Below, in pieces: positions 62,220 to 64,000 of a stretch of DNA of 64,000 nt. Under the pieces are notes generated by a model that had not been told where the DNA came from, did no database searches, and saw only the letters and a program-made list of their open reading frames with translations. Positions within the stretch are counted from its first letter, which is position 1, and the number at the start of each line of letters is the position of its first letter. This DNA comes from the human T2T-CHM13v2.0 reference genome, Homo sapiens: the NCBI RefSeq assembly GCF_009914755.1, contig NC_060933.1, one strand, 5' to 3'. A program made the position numbers and the translations under genes.

Positions 62220-63200
62220 CCGCCCCAGGGGTAGGAGATCCTGAATGCGCGCGTACTAGCCATTGGGGCAGGGGAGTCAACCAAGTTCGTGGTGGGGGTC
62301 GGGGTGGGTGAATGACTGTAGGGAGAGGACCCGGACTAGATGGTTAGTGTATGTCGCATGCATGAATGTGCGTATCCCGAGCTGTGTCTGTGGGGCTCTG
62401 GGCGACCGGGGCATGTGTGCGGATGTGTGTCCGCGCCCGTGAGCGTGCCCATGCATCTCCCTTCCTGGGCCTGCAGGGGGCGCCCCGAGCCTGGGAAGGG
62501 AGGCTCTGGAGTGGGGCGCGGCTGCGGCAGAGGGGTGGGCGCATGCGGCTGTGACCCTGCGAGCTCCTCAGAGAGGCTGCGGTGAGCGGGCGTCCGAAGT
62601 CCCTGGGCCTGGAACAGCCTCTGGCGCCCTCCCGGCTCCCTGGCCCCGCCGTCCCTGGGGTCCCCGCGCGCGGGCCGGGCGTATGGAGGGGAGGCTCGGG
62701 CTGTGGGTGGTGCCCGCGCATCCGATGACCTGGGCCGACAGTTACCCCGGGCCAGGACACCGCCGTCCGGCCAAACCCCTGCCACCCAGGCCCCCGAGCC
62801 TCGGGGGTCCTCTGCGGGGCCGGCCCAGCCCGGTGGCCGGGGGAAGGCCCGTGTTTGTCGGCGAATATGAAGCATTTATCTTTCCCTCCCACGCCCCAAA
62901 TAGTCCCGATTTACCCAGAGCCCAAGGTGCCCAATGTTGAAGTCTTGAAATAATTACTGTTTGGCTTAAAGGCTGAAGGAGGGTTCACATCACCTCTGGC
63001 ACTTCGCTCGCACCCGATAGATATCTTACACCACTCATTACGGGGCCAACGCTAAGAAAGGTTTCCTTATTCCAAGGAAATATATTAGGCGCGAGGCTGG
63101 GGCTGGAGGATGAAGGGCTATAGCCTGACATGGGCGGAAAAGGAACTTGTCTTGCCCATAAGTGGACACAGGGAAACGCGCAACCTTTGGCCTAGAATGA
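62220..63200. promoter_or_regulatory. CpG island with no coding gene seen in the window
   Basis: High CpG density, NRF1-like GCGCATGCG at 62539-62547, GC box at ~62218, CTCF-like motifs. Confidence 0.7.
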
Positions 63201-64000
63201 GACACATGTGAGAACAAATCGTGAAAATAATTGAAAACAAATTGGTCCTAGAAAGATGAAGGAAATGAGAATGGAAAATTCAACCCCCACTCCTGTTTTC
63301 CTGTAGCAGACAGAGGACTGCTGCCTCCTGGTGGCCGAGCGGGGCAGTGAGCGCCTCCCAGCAGGCGGAGGCTCACACAGCGCAGGGGATACTCCGAGCA
63401 GAAGCTGGCGCTGGCTGCTTAGGCCTTCACAAGTGGTGTTCAGTTATTCTCTTAATATTGGATTGAAATTTATTATTACCACAACCCATGATTCTAAAGC
63501 AAAAGTCTCAAAGAATATGGTAACAGACTTTCTCTGGGGTGTTTTAGTTTGCTGCCTACTGAGAAATGGTTGTCTTGAAGAAAACAGAGCTTTCAGCTTC
63601 TTGACATAGCAATAGACGTAGGTCACCAAGGTCACAAGGTCATACAATTCCCCTTAAAGTAGGCACTACTAGAAGAATTACAAATATAGGCCTGGCACAG
63701 TGGCTCTTGCCTGTAATCCCAGCACTTTGGGAGGATGAGGCTGGAGGACCCCTTGAGGCCAAGAGTTGGAGACTGCAGTGAGCTATTACTGCACCATTGC
63801 ACTCCAGCCTGGGCAACAGAGTAAGACCCTGTCTCAAAAAAAGAATTACAAATATAGGCGTTAGAAAAAAAGAGAGTTGGCAATTTCAGCATCCATAAAA
63901 ATGGTAATCCAGCCCAAGACTGATGGCAAAGGATAGAAACGTTGATGACTTTAACAAAACAGCATTATTTTGTCCCCAGATACAAGGAGAAGTAATGCCT

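Noticed and set aside
62336-62940. ORFs of 129-182 aa in the distal CpG island
   Set aside because: GC-rich, stop-poor sequence open in several frames, mostly with non-ATG starts and no recognisable domain.

Overview
Human genomic DNA, recognisable as chr9p13.3. It contains GALT (+, 11 coding exons), IL11RA (+, 12 coding exons and two non-coding first exons), CCL27 (-, 3 exons), a small spliced ORF in a CpG island upstream of CCL27 (LOC730098-like, 87 aa, -) and CCL19 (-, 4 exons). The rest is rich in Alu, L2, MIR, LTR and ERVL repeats, and most ORFs in the supplied track are repeat-derived noise. Main observations: (1) the small ORF's first two exons, a frameshifted PESKY-type exon at 24032-24131 and CCL27 exons 2-3 line up as a broken long, signal-peptide-less CCL27 isoform; (2) a decayed unprocessed CCL19 paralog with promoter and four exons lies at ~27.85-30.25 kb; (3) an hY3 RNA retrocopy sits directly behind the CCL19 polyA signal, and the paralog keeps the empty site; (4) there is a near-identical ~495-bp tandem duplication; (5) part of GALT intron 10 is duplicated downstream of the gene. 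Exon boundaries were read by eye and checked by frame arithmetic. Comparisons with mouse or reference sequences come from memory and need verification.
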